64,000 nucleotides of DNA from an uncultured Gemmatimonadota bacterium (GTDB lineage: Bacteria; GCA-2686955; CAYMWF01): contig CAYMWF010000003.1 of NCBI GenBank assembly GCA_964394085.1, positions 16,637-80,636 on the forward strand, written 5' to 3'. Each line of letters starts with the position of its first letter. Position 1 is the first letter of the stretch. Of the stretch, positions 44,689-54,829 are shown piece after piece. The position numbers were made by a program, and so were the translations under genes. The notes below the pieces were generated by a model. It did no database searches. It was not told the DNA's origin and saw only the letters and a list, made by a program, of their open reading frames with translations.

Positions 44689-45246
44689 CTATACCTCCAT
44701 TATTTCTTCTTCTTTCGCCTTCAGCACATCATCGATCTTAGCGATAAAATCATCCGTCTTCTTTTGTATGTTATCAGCAGCTTTATGAGCGTCATCCCGG
44801 GGGATGTCCCCGTCTTTTTCACCCGCTTTCAGAAAGTCGTTCGCATCCCTCCTGATGTTCCTTATAGCGACCTTGCTATCTTCTCCCATTCTCTTGGAGA
44901 TTTTCACAAGCTCTTTTCGACGCTCTTCGGTCAGGGCCGGTATGGCCAGTCGTATCACCGGTCCGTCTACCGAAGGATTCAAACCTAGATCTGAGGCTTG
45001 AATAGCCTTCTCAATCAGGGGTGTGGAGCTGCGATCCCAAGGCTGGATCACGATAAGCCTAGGCTCGGGAATGCTGATGTTCGCCATCTGTTTTATCGGA
45101 CTCATCGTACCATAATAATCGACGCTGATTCCATCGAGTATGGCAGGCGTCGCTTTGCCGGTGCGAAGTCTTGCCAGATCGTTCCTCAAATGTTCAAGGG
45201 TCTGATTCATTTTGTTTTCTGTTTCTTCATATATTTCTTGAATCAT
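44689..45246 (-). CDS. frr: Ribosome recycling factor
   Basis: From the internal ATG at 45246 the product is MIQEIYEETENKMNQTLEHLRNDLARLRTGKA...IPALTEERRKELVK. The track start at 45360 would overlap pyrH. Confidence 0.9.
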   Translation of the reverse strand: MIQEIYEETENKMNQTLEHLRNDLARLRTGKATPAILDGISVDYYGTMSPIKQMANISIPEPRLIVIQPWDRSSTPLIEKAIQASDLGLNPSVDGPVIRLAIPALTEERRKELVKISKRMGEDSKVAIRNIRRDANDFLKAGEKDGDIPRDDAHKAADNIQKKTDDFIAKIDDVLKAKEEEIMEV

Positions 45247-45250
45247 AACT

Positions 45251-45943
45251 TCATTCCTTCCGTACCAAAGTTCCGATCCGCTCCCCCTCGAGAATCTGAA
45301 ATACCGCATTTTTCTTGCTGAAGTTGAATACAATGATCGGAAGGTCATGATCCGCAGCAAGAGAAAACGCGGTTGAGTCCATAATCCTCAAGTTTTTTTC
45401 AATCGCTTCCCTGTGAGTAAGTTCCGGAAAAAATCGCGCCGATTCGTTCTTTTCCGGATCGCTGTCAAATACACCATCCACCTTTGTGCCCTTTAAAAGC
45501 ACGTCGGCACCGATCTCGAGCGATCGCAGGACCGCCGCTGTATCTGTAGTAAAAAAGGGATTACCGGTTCCACCCGCGAAGATCACGGGTCTACCATCGG
45601 AAAGGTGCTTTTTCGCACCGGAGGCGTAGGCGTTCTCAGCCCAGAATGGAGCCGGCGGTGGCACCATGAGCACCGGATCAAGGCCGTGCTTCCTGAGAGC
45701 TGCTCGAAGAAGGATTCCGTTGATGCAGGTCGCAAGCATACCCGCAGTATCCGCTTCGACCCTTTCTACGTTCTTCAGGGATGCTCCCCTGAGAATGTTA
45801 CCCCCACCTATGACGACGGCAACCTGAACGCCGTTCGATACAATTCCGGAAATCATGTTCACGACGTTTTCCATGGCATTCTTAGCCCCGAAAAACGCCT
45901 CTCCACTGAGTTTAAACAGGATCCGCCGAAAAACGGGTTGCAT
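45251..45943 (-). CDS. pyrH: UMP kinase
   Basis: The ORF is 230 aa. It has RILFKLSGEAF, VVIGGGNILRG, FAGGTGNPFFTTDTAA and KGTKVDGV. Confidence 0.9.
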   Translation of the reverse strand: MQPVFRRILFKLSGEAFFGAKNAMENVVNMISGIVSNGVQVAVVIGGGNILRGASLKNVERVEADTAGMLATCINGILLRAALRKHGLDPVLMVPPPAPFWAENAYASGAKKHLSDGRPVIFAGGTGNPFFTTDTAAVLRSLEIGADVLLKGTKVDGVFDSDPEKNESARFFPELTHREAIEKNLRIMDSTAFSLAADHDLPIIVFNFSKKNAVFQILEGERIGTLVRKE

Positions 45944-46536
45944 TATTCTCCGAGCTTGTACCTGGTGAACCGCTTTACCGAGATATTCTCACCGAGCGAC
46001 GACACGGCTGCGCCGATCACGTCGGAAACCTTCAGCGTGGAGTCTTTTACATATTCCTGTTCGAGCAGGCAATTCTGAACGTAGTATTTTTCGAGCATGC
46101 CCGTGGCGATTTTGTCCAGAATATGTTCGGGTTTGCCGGTGTTCCGCGCTTGCTCCATACAGATCGATTTTTCTTTCTCGATCAATTCGGATGGCATGTC
46201 ATCACGACTTACGGAAATCGGATCGGCCGCAGCGATCTGCATTGCGATATCATGAACCAGGACCTTGAATTTATCTGTTTTTGCCACGAAATCAGTTTCG
46301 CAGTTTATCTCAACGAGCACGCCAAGTTTTGCACCGGGGTGGATATAAGCCTCTACAACCCCCTCCCGTGCTGCTTTAGCTGCCCTTTTCGCTGCTTTTG
46401 CTATACCCTTTTTCCTGAGGTATTCCACAGCCGGTTCTTCTTCACCATCTGTCTGCATCAAAGCCTGCTTACAGTCCATCATCCCCGCACCGGTGCGTTC
46501 TCTAAGTTTCTTGATCATCTTCACATCAACACTCAT
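45943..46536 (-). CDS. tsf: Translation elongation factor Ts (short form)
   Basis: The ORF is 197 aa. It has MIKKLRERTGAGMMDCKQAL, AKAAREG and LVEINCETDFVA. There is a 1-nt stop/start overlap with pyrH. Confidence 0.9.
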   Translation of the reverse strand: MSVDVKMIKKLRERTGAGMMDCKQALMQTDGEEEPAVEYLRKKGIAKAAKRAAKAAREGVVEAYIHPGAKLGVLVEINCETDFVAKTDKFKVLVHDIAMQIAAADPISVSRDDMPSELIEKEKSICMEQARNTGKPEHILDKIATGMLEKYYVQNCLLEQEYVKDSTLKVSDVIGAAVSSLGENISVKRFTRYKLGE

Positions 46537-46553
46537 GGATTTCTCTCTCCTCC

Positions 46554-47282
46554 CTACTGGGACATTCTTGCCGCAGACGAGGCTCCCCTCTTGCTTCCTC
46601 GTTCGATGCCTTCCAGTACCGCATCCGCTATTTTCCCGGTTATCAACTGAATCGCCCGGATCGCGTCATCGTTCGACGGGATCGGCCAGGAAATCTCCTC
46701 GGGGTCGGAATTGGTATCGAGCATTGCGATAACGGGTATGTTCAGCTTGTTGGCTTCGGCAACCGCAATCCGCTCTTTTTTTGTATCTACCACGAAAACC
46801 GCTGACGGAAGACCGTTCATATCCTTAATCCCGTTGAGAAGACGGCCCAGTTTGTCCTGTTCCCGTCTCATTGTCAGGATTTCTTTCTTCGTCCTGTTGC
46901 CGTAACCGAGTTCGGAACGTTCCATTTCCTCCAGATTCTTGAGCTGCTTGATACTCTCGAGAATTGTCCGGAAATTGGTTAGCATTCCTCCCATCCACCG
47001 TTCAGTGACATAGAACATACCACAGCGTTCGGCTTCGCCCTGAACAGTCTCCTGACATTGCCTCTTCGTCCCGACGAAAAGTATGTTTCCACCCGCTATG
47101 GTGGTTTCCGTCACGAACTTGCATGCATTGTCGAGGGCCTTTTGCGTTTTCTTGAGATCAATGATATGTATGCCGTTTCTTTTCATGAAGATGTATTTTT
47201 TCATCTTCGGATTCCAACGCCTGGCCTGATGCCCAAAATGAACTCCTGCTTCGAGAAGTTCTTCGAGAGTTATGACTGACAT
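46554..47282 (-). CDS. rpsB: 30S ribosomal protein S2
   Basis: The ORF is 242 aa. It has LLEAGVHFGHQARRWNPKM, ILFVGTKRQ, RWMGGMLTN and AVAEANKLNIPVIAMLDTN. Confidence 0.95.
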   Translation of the reverse strand: MSVITLEELLEAGVHFGHQARRWNPKMKKYIFMKRNGIHIIDLKKTQKALDNACKFVTETTIAGGNILFVGTKRQCQETVQGEAERCGMFYVTERWMGGMLTNFRTILESIKQLKNLEEMERSELGYGNRTKKEILTMRREQDKLGRLLNGIKDMNGLPSAVFVVDTKKERIAVAEANKLNIPVIAMLDTNSDPEEISWPIPSNDDAIRAIQLITGKIADAVLEGIERGSKRGASSAARMSQ

Positions 47283-47435
47283 TCTGAAACCTCCGCAATA
47301 CCGGGTTGTACCACCATCCCCTTCTCAGCCTTCCAAACCGTCACCGGCACCCGGGAAGGAATCCGGGAATGTGTGTGCTTGAAATCGAAATAGACTTCGC
47401 CGATCCTTAAATATGGAATGCGGCTCCTGTCCTGC

Positions 47436-47825
47436 TTATCTCTTCGAGAACTGGAAACGTTTTCTCGCTTTTGCCAGTCCGTATTTTTTTCGCTCTTTCA
47501 TCCTGGAATCGCGGGTCAGGTAGCCCGCCTTCCTCAGTTCGGCTTTGAGATCATCATCCATCGCAGCAAGAGCCCTGGCGATTCCGTGCCTCAGAGCACC
47601 GGCTTGTCCGGACTTACCGCCGCCTTGAACGCTCGCGATAATGTCGCAAGAATCCCTCTGGTTCGTGAGTTCGATAGGCTGTTCAACATGAACGACGAGA
47701 ACGCGTCTGTTGAAATACTCCATCAAGCTCATTCCATTAACCTGGAAATTACCCTTGCCAGGCGTAACGGACACCTTGGCTATCGCATTTTTCCTGCGAC
47801 CGGTTGCATAACCACTATGTATCAA
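47436..47825 (-). CDS. rpsI: 30S ribosomal protein S9
   Basis: The ORF is 129 aa. It has ATGRRKNAIA, GGGKSGQAGALRHGIARAL and LTRDSRMKERKKYGL.KARKRFQFSKR. Confidence 0.95.
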   Translation of the reverse strand: MIHSGYATGRRKNAIAKVSVTPGKGNFQVNGMSLMEYFNRRVLVVHVEQPIELTNQRDSCDIIASVQGGGKSGQAGALRHGIARALAAMDDDLKAELRKAGYLTRDSRMKERKKYGLAKARKRFQFSKR

Positions 47826-47852
47826 AACTTCAACCTCCCGAAGGTCGCCCTC

Positions 47853-48284
47853 TTAAATTTCAAGCACCTCTGGTTGCTGTGCTTTATGCGGATGCTCAGG
47901 GCCTTCGTATACTTTCAATTTTTTAAACATCTTTCTGCCGAGACGATTATGAGGCAGCATGCCCCGAACCGCATGCTCGATTACCCATTCCGGTTTTTTA
48001 GCCATCATTCTCTGAAACGTCAGCTCTTTCAGTCCGCCTGGATAACCTGAGTGACGATAATACCGCTTTTTCTCACTCTTTTTTCCGGTAAGCCGGATTT
48101 TCTTCGCGTTGATTACAATCACATGATCACCATGATCCTGATGGGGTGAGAAAGCGGGTTTGTGCTTACCCCTCAGCAGAACTGCAATTTTACTCGCGAA
48201 TCTTCCAAGGACCTTGTCCTCTGCGTCGACAATGTACCATTTACGGGTAATGTCTTCGTTCTTTTCAATATAAGTTTTCTGCAT
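47853..48284 (-). CDS. rplM: 50S ribosomal protein L13
   Basis: The internal ATG at 48284 has GGGAGG upstream. The product is [43 protein letters not shown]. Confidence 0.95.
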   Translation of the reverse strand: MQKTYIEKNEDITRKWYIVDAEDKVLGRFASKIAVLLRGKHKPAFSPHQDHGDHVIVINAKKIRLTGKKSEKKRYYRHSGYPGGLKELTFQRMMAKKPEWVIEHAVRGMLPHNRLGRKMFKKLKVYEGPEHPHKAQQPEVLEI

Positions 48285-48336
48285 ACACACCTCCCGACCG
48301 CCCACGGACAGCCGATCTTGCCACAAGAAACCGGAA

Positions 48337-48366
48337 TCTATACTATAAATACTGGAGTTCTGTCAA
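48337..48366 (-). promoter_or_regulatory. Candidate sigma-70-type promoter for rplM-rpsI
   Basis: On the minus strand, TTGACA (48366-48361), then 18 nt, then TATAGA (48342-48337), about 50 nt upstream of the rplM start. Confidence 0.4.
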
Positions 48367-48425
48367 GCTGAATCTATCGAATTCACAGGATTATTGAAGC
48401 TCCGTTAAAAAGTTCCGGGACCATA

Positions 48426-49505
48426 TCATGTATTGGAATCAGACCCTCCGAATGCACCGACGGCGATATTCTTCAGGCCGTTCGGCCCGTGAAACGGGGG
48501 GGAAATCAAACCCTTCTCTGTAATTATACCTGTTATCAATGACGCCGGAGTTATATCGAAAGCCGGGGCGAACACTTTAACGCCGTCCGGCGCGACCGGG
48601 ACGCCGGTGAACCGGGTCACTTCTTCAGGGGAACGTTCCTCGATAGGTATTCCGGTTCCATCCTCCAGAGAGAGATCGATAGTGGAGTAAGGAGCCACGA
48701 CATAGAACGGAATTTTGTGATATCGTGCATTAACCGCGAGAGAGTAGGTTCCGATCTTATTCGCAGCATCACCATTCGCGGCAATCCTGTCAGCTCCTAC
48801 AAAGACAGCATCAATAGCTTTCCGCTGCATGAGAAATGCGGCCGTCGAATCACATATGAGAGTTACATCGATGCCGGCCTGCAGTAATTCCCACGTCGTC
48901 AACCGTGCGCCCTGAAGAAGCGGTCTTGTTTCATCGGCATATATTTGTATCTTCTTACCCTGTTTCATTGCAGTAAAAAACACAGCCAGTGCGGTTCCGT
49001 ATCCGGATGTCGCCAATCCGCCTGCATTACAGTGTGTCAAAAGCCTGTCACCATTATTGACGAGTTCAGCGCCGAAAGATCCGAGGGCTTCGCACATCCT
49101 TTCATCTTCTTCCAAGATGGCCAGCGACTCATCCACAAGACTTTGCACTTTTTCCTCTGGATTTTCTTTTACGTTCGAGGTTTTGTGCAGACGATCCAGC
49201 GCCCAGATCAGATTCACCGCCGTCGGTCGTGCCGAAGCCAGTATTCGTCGTGCCGTTGATAATGCCTCATCGAGATTCTCACAAGGTTCTTCTCTTTCGA
49301 GCCACCGGACACCCGCAAGAGCAAGCCCCATAGCACCTGCTATACCGATGGCAGGCGCTCCCCTGACCTGGAGCTTGAGAATTGCATCGGCAATATCCTC
49401 CGGTGTTTCGCATTCTCTGTAAACGACATCCCCGGGTAACCTGGTTTGATCAATCAACACCACGATCCGTCGGTTTTTGTCCCAATTGATGGTTTTAGTC
49501 TTCAC
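48426..49505 (-). CDS. mtnA: S-methyl-5-thioribose-1-phosphate isomerase (eIF-2B alpha/beta/delta family)
   Basis: The ORF is 359 aa. It has LIDQTRLP, LQVRGAPAIGIAGAMGL, LTHCNAG, ADETRPLLQGARLT and GADRIAANGD.ANKIGTY. Confidence 0.85.
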   Translation of the reverse strand: MKTKTINWDKNRRIVVLIDQTRLPGDVVYRECETPEDIADAILKLQVRGAPAIGIAGAMGLALAGVRWLEREEPCENLDEALSTARRILASARPTAVNLIWALDRLHKTSNVKENPEEKVQSLVDESLAILEEDERMCEALGSFGAELVNNGDRLLTHCNAGGLATSGYGTALAVFFTAMKQGKKIQIYADETRPLLQGARLTTWELLQAGIDVTLICDSTAAFLMQRKAIDAVFVGADRIAANGDAANKIGTYSLAVNARYHKIPFYVVAPYSTIDLSLEDGTGIPIEERSPEEVTRFTGVPVAPDGVKVFAPAFDITPASLITGIITEKGLISPPFHGPNGLKNIAVGAFGGSDSNT

Positions 49506-49570
49506 CTCAGTCTGGTCTCCCCGCGGACATTCCGCATAAGATCTGGTCCCACATAATCAACACCGCTCCT

Positions 49571-50161
49571 TCATGGAACAATGATTTGTCTTTTCAGGTT
49601 TGTCAACATGGTGAGAAACAACGGAACCGGGAGCCCTACGACATTGTAATAGCAACCTTCGATACGCTTCACCAAGGTAGCGCCGAAACCCTGAATACCA
49701 TAGGATCCCGCTTTATCGTCACACTCACCGGTGTCCATATACCACCGTATCTCTTCTTCTCCGAAATCTCTGAACTCAACGCTCGTCGTCTCAGAAGCGA
49801 CGAGAAGTTTTTCAAGGGACGGATGGTGGAGGGCCAATCCTGTAATAACGAAGTGAACTCCACCTTTCAGCATGCGCAGCATTGCTTCAGCTTCGTCCCG
49901 GTCAGAAGGTTTCCCAAGCTGGCGGCCGTTCTTGAATACAATGGTATCCGCAGCCAGGATGGTCGAATCGGGATACGTCTCTCTTACTGCTTCACATTTC
50001 CCGCAGGCCAACTTCTCCGCCTGAAGTCGCGGCGGCAGGGTGCTGCTCAACCGCTCCTCGAATTCCGGCGGTTCGACCCGGAATTCGAATCCGATCTGCT
50101 TCAGAATCGACCGTCGGCGTGCTGATTCGGAAGCGAGAATGAGATCCAGCCCCCTTGACAT
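49571..50161 (-). CDS. maf: Maf-family nucleoside triphosphate pyrophosphatase
   Basis: It has LILASESARRRSILKQIGF, ADTIV, GKP and AGSYGIQG. The alternative TTG start at 50179 would overlap the dtd stop. Confidence 0.85.
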   Translation of the reverse strand: MSRGLDLILASESARRRSILKQIGFEFRVEPPEFEERLSSTLPPRLQAEKLACGKCEAVRETYPDSTILAADTIVFKNGRQLGKPSDRDEAEAMLRMLKGGVHFVITGLALHHPSLEKLLVASETTSVEFRDFGEEEIRWYMDTGECDDKAGSYGIQGFGATLVKRIEGCYYNVVGLPVPLFLTMLTNLKRQIIVP

Positions 50162-50175
50162 AACATGCCTGGCTT

Positions 50176-50619
50176 TCAAAACTCTTTCTCCAGAATTATT
50201 GTAACTGGGCCATCATTCACAAGTTGAACTTTCATTTGCTTTCCAAATACACCCGTTTCGACATTAAAACCCTGCAATCGAAGCTTTGCTACGAATTCCA
50301 AGTACAATCGTTCACCCAGTTCCGGAGTCGCCGCTTTTATAAAACTCGGACGTTTCCCTCTCTTAACGTCTCCATAAAGTGTAAACTGCGAGACAACCAG
50401 GAATTCTCCTCCGACATCCTCGATCGACCTGTTCATCCTCCCTTCGGCATCCTGGAAGATCCGAAGTCCCGCGCATTTCCCGGCAACCCACTCCACCTGC
50501 TTGGTAGTATCCTCCCGGGCAATACCGAGCAATACCAGAAGACCCGGGCCGATAGCGCCGGTTACGGCACCGTTTACCTTAACAGATGCTTCAGTCACTC
50601 TCTGGACGACGGCTCTCAT
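50176..50619 (-). CDS. dtd: D-aminoacyl-tRNA deacylase
   Basis: The ORF is 147 aa. It has MRAVVQRV, GLLVLLGI, VSQFTL and NDGPVTI. Confidence 0.9.
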   Translation of the reverse strand: MRAVVQRVTEASVKVNGAVTGAIGPGLLVLLGIAREDTTKQVEWVAGKCAGLRIFQDAEGRMNRSIEDVGGEFLVVSQFTLYGDVKRGKRPSFIKAATPELGERLYLEFVAKLRLQGFNVETGVFGKQMKVQLVNDGPVTIILEKEF

Positions 50620-50718
50620 TTACCCTTTAACACTCCACCACGGGTGCTGCGCAACAAATCGTTCGGCTGGTATATCTCTGCCCCGACAAGCAGTTCGATT
50701 CTTAGTGCAAGGACGACC

Positions 50719-51429
50719 TTAAAAACGATAAAGCAATCCGGCTGAATACTCGGGGAATTTAACAGGATCCCCGCTCGTATAAACGAAATTAAAGTATCCT
50801 TCCATAAAAATTGAACACCGGAGAGCGGGAATCTCGACCTCCAGCCCTCCAGCGCCTTTCAAGCCCCAGAGGATCACATTTTCGACCATAGATTCATCAA
50901 ACCCATCGGGATTGCCTGATCCGACCGGTCGCGTCGTAAGAAGTCTGAATCCGAAGCCGCCTCCCAGGTGAAGAGAGACGGGGCTTAATGGCGGATCGTA
51001 GAACCTGTACATCGCCAGCAGACCGAACTCAGTATCTTTGAAATCAACACCTGCCGACTCGCCCTGAAAAATGGTACTCACTTCGTCACTGGAATGACGG
51101 ACGCTCAAACGGAGAGGCAGGGGTCTTATAAACTCAACCTGCAGAAGGGCCGTGAATGTTACCGGCGTTCCCGGTTCGCAGGGGAATCCGGTTGTTTGCT
51201 CAAAATTTCCATCATAAAGAAGACTCCCTGCTGCAAATCCTGCTCCGACCACCGGACCCGCAACTGCAGGTGACATGCTTACATGACAGGATAAGACGAG
51301 CAAAATACCAACAATTATAATGAAAAAACCGTCGAATCTCGTCCTTCGGTGACGGTGTGAAGGAAATCCGACCTGAAGAAGACTTAAACCCCGTTCACTT
51401 TTTCTTTTTTTCGGATACAGATTCATCAT
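50719..51429 (-). CDS. Putative outer-membrane beta-barrel protein
   Basis: The ORF is 236 aa. It has a hydrophobic N-terminal segment, alternating amphipathic strands and a C-terminal ...AGLLYRF (terminal aromatic residue). I recognise no family motif, and the start is uncertain. Confidence 0.4.
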   Translation of the reverse strand: MMNLYPKKRKSERGLSLLQVGFPSHRHRRTRFDGFFIIIVGILLVLSCHVSMSPAVAGPVVGAGFAAGSLLYDGNFEQTTGFPCEPGTPVTFTALLQVEFIRPLPLRLSVRHSSDEVSTIFQGESAGVDFKDTEFGLLAMYRFYDPPLSPVSLHLGGGFGFRLLTTRPVGSGNPDGFDESMVENVILWGLKGAGGLEVEIPALRCSIFMEGYFNFVYTSGDPVKFPEYSAGLLYRF

Positions 51430-51440
51430 TATTACTCCAC

Positions 51441-52214
51441 CTAGGAGATAAAACCGGCGAAAGTCACCATTCGTCCCGCCTTAGCTCCTTCTCTCCGATA
51501 TGAAGGAAACTTCTCACCACCACAGATTGTGCAGTGGTGTGAAATGTAAATATTGTTCGGAAGGACACCCGCTCCTTTCAACTGCAGGATTGCAAGGAGC
51601 TTTAAATCGAGAAAAAAAACGCCGGTGCGACAGTCTACGACATCCGGCCATCGCTCTGAAAAGAGCTTCGCCAGGTCGGCGGATATCTCGTAACAGCACG
51701 AACCGGCGGCAGGTCCGATTATTGCAAATATTTGATCGAAACACGCTTCAGCTGTTTTTTCAGCGCCTTTTTTCACGATGGAGGAATATAATCCGCGCCA
51801 GCCTGCATGGATGGCGGCGACCCTCCTCTTTCCCGATTCATCAACCGATGCAGAGAATATTATCACCGGTGCGCAGTCGGCTGTAACAACTGATACTGCC
51901 AACCGCGGCACCCCGGAAACGACGCCGTCAGCTTCGGGCCTGCAATCCTGTTGGCCACCGCTGTAAGAATCTTCCCAACGGATGACTCGATCACCATGAA
52001 CCTGCGTGACCTGCGCAATCCCATCGAGGCCCAGCGATCCGACAATTTTCGACAATTCACCCCGGTCGGGACAGTCGAGTAAAAAACCGTGTGAGAAATC
52101 TTCTGGAGGATCAGGAAGGTCAGCTGCCAACATGCGGCATCCACGTAATACATTTTCCGAAAACCCGATATCAGGAATCTCGTCCGGCTTCATCCCGCTC
52201 CCTCCTGAATACAC
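51441..52214 (-). CDS. pgeF: YfiH/PgeF-family (laccase-domain) purine nucleoside / peptidoglycan-editing enzyme
   Basis: The ORF is 257 aa. It has QVHGDRV, TADCAPV, IHAGWRG and a C.ICG-type Cys near the C-terminus. The 5' end overlaps the relA stop, so the start is uncertain. Confidence 0.8.
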   Translation of the reverse strand: MYSGGSGMKPDEIPDIGFSENVLRGCRMLAADLPDPPEDFSHGFLLDCPDRGELSKIVGSLGLDGIAQVTQVHGDRVIRWEDSYSGGQQDCRPEADGVVSGVPRLAVSVVTADCAPVIIFSASVDESGKRRVAAIHAGWRGLYSSIVKKGAEKTAEACFDQIFAIIGPAAGSCCYEISADLAKLFSERWPDVVDCRTGVFFLDLKLLAILQLKGAGVLPNNIYISHHCTICGGEKFPSYRREGAKAGRMVTFAGFIS

Positions 52215-54342
52215 TTGTGATTCCCTTGATTTTTAAGATCGAATTCGTAATTTTCTTGAGTTGAGCCAGGTTGTTCACTTCAATTTCCACCCGCCCCACG
52301 GCCTGATCGCCCTGAGCTTTAAACCGGGCTCCCGCGATATTTACACCCACATCAGAGATCACCTTCGAGATATCAAGGAGAAGATATTTCCTGTCCTCGC
52401 CTTTAACTTCTATTGTTACTGGAAAAACCTCTGCGCCGCTGACATCCCACACTACTTCTACGGTGCGTTCCTTCTCTTTTTCCAGCAGCGGGAAGATATT
52501 GGGGCAGTCGATTCGGTGCACCGAGACCCCTCGCCCCCTTGTTATATAACCGATAATCTTGTCACCCGGTACAGGGGTGCAACACTCGGCCAGCCGCACC
52601 ATGAGTTTGTCCAATCCTCTGACCCGTATACCCCTCGAGCCGACAGCTCGTGAAACCATTTGGGTCATTTTCGATTTGACCTTGGGGGTCTCTTTTGCGT
52701 GGAATTTTGAGAAATAAAAGCCGGGTGACAACTCACCGCGCCCAATCGCTTCGAAAAAATTATCCAGACGGTCGAATCCGGCTTCCTTGAGCCGGTCCAG
52801 AAATTTACGGTCATACTGTGGCTTAAACTTGTACCTTTTTGCCTCTCGCTCGAATATCTGTCGTCCTATATTGACGGATTGACCGAATTTTTCAGCTCTC
52901 AGGAATTGCCTGATCTTTGATCGTGCTTTGGGGCTTTTCACCGATGAAAGCCAATCCTGGGACGGTTTTTGTGACGGTGAAGTAAAAACTTGAACCATGT
53001 CACCGCTTTTCAGCTGATAGGTCAGAGGCTTGATCTGCCCGTTCACCTTTGCACCAACACAGTGCTGACCGATTTCAGTGTGAATCGCGAATGCAAAATC
53101 TATCGGGGTAGCTCCCGCCGGGAGTGCTCGAAGATCTCCGTGTGGAGTAAAGACATAAACTTCTTCCCGGAGAAGATTTTTCTTGAAGTCCTCCAGAAAA
53201 ATACCGGGATCACCATGTTCTTTCTGGCTGTCCATCATCTCTCTAATCCAGGTTACATATTTATCATCCAGCCTTGGTCCGCTCTTCTGCCCCTCTTTAT
53301 ACCTCCAGTGAGCTGCAACACCGATTTCAGCGATTTTATCCATTTCAGCGGTTCTTATCTGGATTTCGACAAACAAACCCTTAGGACCGACGATTGTCGT
53401 GTGAAGAGATTGATACATATTGGATTTCGGATTTGCGATATAGTCTTTGAACCTATCCTGAACGGGTCGCCATTTGGAATGCACCAGACCCAGAACATGG
53501 TAACAGTGTTCAACGCTTTCCGTAATGATCCTGATAGCGAAAAGATCATATATTTCTTCAATCGATACATCCCTGTCTTTCATTTTTCTGAATATCGAGA
53601 AGAAATGTTTCGGTCTTCCGAATACCTGTACAGTTATTTCACTTTCTTTGAATTTTTCTCGTATGGTAGTAACCACTTCATTTATATGCTCCTCTCGCTC
53701 TTCTCTTTTCAGAGCGATCCTTTCGAGGATCGATTGATACTGATCAGGCTCAAGGAATTTAAAAGCGAGATCTTCGAGCTCCCACTTATACTTTGCGATT
53801 CCCAATCTGTGAGCAAGCGGTGCATAGATATCGCGAGTCTCCTGCGCAATTTTCAACTGATGTCTGGTATCCATGAAATCGAGAGTCTGCATATTGTGCA
53901 ATCGATCAGCGAATTTGATCAGAATCACTCGAATATCACGAATCATCGAAACGAGCAGCTTGCGGAAATTATCAGCCTGCTGCACCTCTCTGCTTTGGAA
54001 CCTGAGATCCGTAAGTTTGGTGACCCCATCCACCAGCATGGTGATTTCTTCGCCGAATTTGTCCCTGACATCGTCCAGTGTAGCGGGGGAGTCTTCGACG
54101 ACATCATGGATGAGTGCAGCGCAGATCGTACTGGTGTCCATTTCCATACCTGCCAGGAGAAGCGCCACAACTGCTGGATGGACAAAAAAAGGCTCACCTG
54201 ACTTCCGGAGCTGAGAGGCGTGCGCGTTCATACTGTAGTCGTACGCCTCACCAACCATAGCCGCATCCAGCCCCGGATCCAGATCAGTGATCTTTTTGAG
54301 ATAAGCATCCTTCGAAAGGAGTATTTCCGTTGGAATCTGCAT
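52171..54342 (-). CDS. relA: Bifunctional (p)ppGpp synthetase/hydrolase (RelA/SpoT homolog)
   Basis: The ORF is 723 aa. It has the HD hydrolase motifs (HPVAVA.., ALIHDVVED), the synthetase motifs (YQSLHTTV.., EIQIRT..M), a TGS domain (VFTPHGD...LP.GATPIDFAF) and a C-terminal ACT-like domain. Confidence 0.9.
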   Translation of the reverse strand: MQIPTEILLSKDAYLKKITDLDPGLDAAMVGEAYDYSMNAHASQLRKSGEPFFVHPAVVALLLAGMEMDTSTICAALIHDVVEDSPATLDDVRDKFGEEITMLVDGVTKLTDLRFQSREVQQADNFRKLLVSMIRDIRVILIKFADRLHNMQTLDFMDTRHQLKIAQETRDIYAPLAHRLGIAKYKWELEDLAFKFLEPDQYQSILERIALKREEREEHINEVVTTIREKFKESEITVQVFGRPKHFFSIFRKMKDRDVSIEEIYDLFAIRIITESVEHCYHVLGLVHSKWRPVQDRFKDYIANPKSNMYQSLHTTIVGPKGLFVEIQIRTAEMDKIAEIGVAAHWRYKEGQKSGPRLDDKYVTWIREMMDSQKEHGDPGIFLEDFKKNLLREEVYVFTPHGDLRALPAGATPIDFAFAIHTEIGQHCVGAKVNGQIKPLTYQLKSGDMVQVFTSPSQKPSQDWLSSVKSPKARSKIRQFLRAEKFGQSVNIGRQIFEREAKRYKFKPQYDRKFLDRLKEAGFDRLDNFFEAIGRGELSPGFYFSKFHAKETPKVKSKMTQMVSRAVGSRGIRVRGLDKLMVRLAECCTPVPGDKIIGYITRGRGVSVHRIDCPNIFPLLEKEKERTVEVVWDVSGAEVFPVTIEVKGEDRKYLLLDISKVISDVGVNIAGARFKAQGDQAVGRVEIEVNNLAQLKKITNSILKIKGITSVFRRERDEAGRDS

Positions 54343-54423
54343 CTATCGTCCAGGTTTGAAGTCGGGTAAGAACGGTTTCTCAGGCATATGCCGGTGAAGT
54401 GTCTTGAATCGAGCGGTTGCGAA

Positions 54424-54788
54424 GGAGCAGGACATAAGCCGAATTCTGTTCCCGTGGATACCGGGGACGATCATACATCTGGGACGACGGTTACCCGTCG
54501 CCTCGAGCGACTCTACCCGGGGATTAAAGCGGAACGGACAATTCCTCTCCCCCTATTCGGTCTTGCTCCGGGTGGGGTTTACCGAGCCAGCCCGGTCGCC
54601 CGGCCTGCTGGTGGGCTCTTACTCCACCTTTTCACCCTTACCCGCTTCAGCCGAGGCTTGGCGGGCGGTTTCTTTTCTGTGGCACTTTCCCGGGGTCACC
54701 CCCGCTGGACGTTATCCAGCACCCTGCCCTGCGGAGTTCGGACTTTCCTCGAATTCTCTTCAGAACCCGCGACCGTCTCGCCTGCTCC
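54424..54788 (-). ncRNA. rnpB: RNase P RNA, bacterial type A
   Basis: On the minus strand the 5' end GGAGCAGG pairs with the 3' end CCUGCUCC to form P1. The conserved segments are present: GAGGAAAGUCCGAAC, ACAGAAAAG, GGGUAAGGGUGAAAAGGUGGAGUAAGAGCCCACC and the 3' ACAGAAUUCGGCUUAU. Confidence 0.9.
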
Positions 54789-54829
54789 TCTCTATCTTTT
54801 CCTCAATACAGCTCTAACAGATTTAAACG

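Noticed and set aside
47283-47435. The 153-nt spacer between rpsI and rpsB as a possible ribosomal-protein leader or autoregulatory structure.
   Set aside because: Only a 5-bp CCCGG...CCGGG hairpin is evident. I cannot match it to the known S2 leader motif by eye, and nothing supports a call without covariation data.
52171-52214. The 44-nt overlap between the relA/spoT 3' end and the pgeF ORF as a possible programmed frameshift or fusion.
   Set aside because: Both proteins are full-length and collinear with their families. pgeF has later in-frame Met codons, for example at 52193, that shorten the overlap. Short overlaps are common in compact operons.
52990-54201. A 403-aa plus-strand ORF antisense to relA/spoT. 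Similar long antisense ORFs occur at 56269-57381 (opposite rpoD), 59386-60351 (opposite mutS2), 2817-3797, 37283-37891 and 38901-39716.
   Set aside because: All lie in the codon-aligned antisense frame of strongly supported genes. There, antisense stops arise only from sense TTA, CTA and TCA codons. Rarity of those three codons in this genome explains the open frames. The products are motif-free, and several are in only ~45% GC DNA, which at first made them look suspicious.
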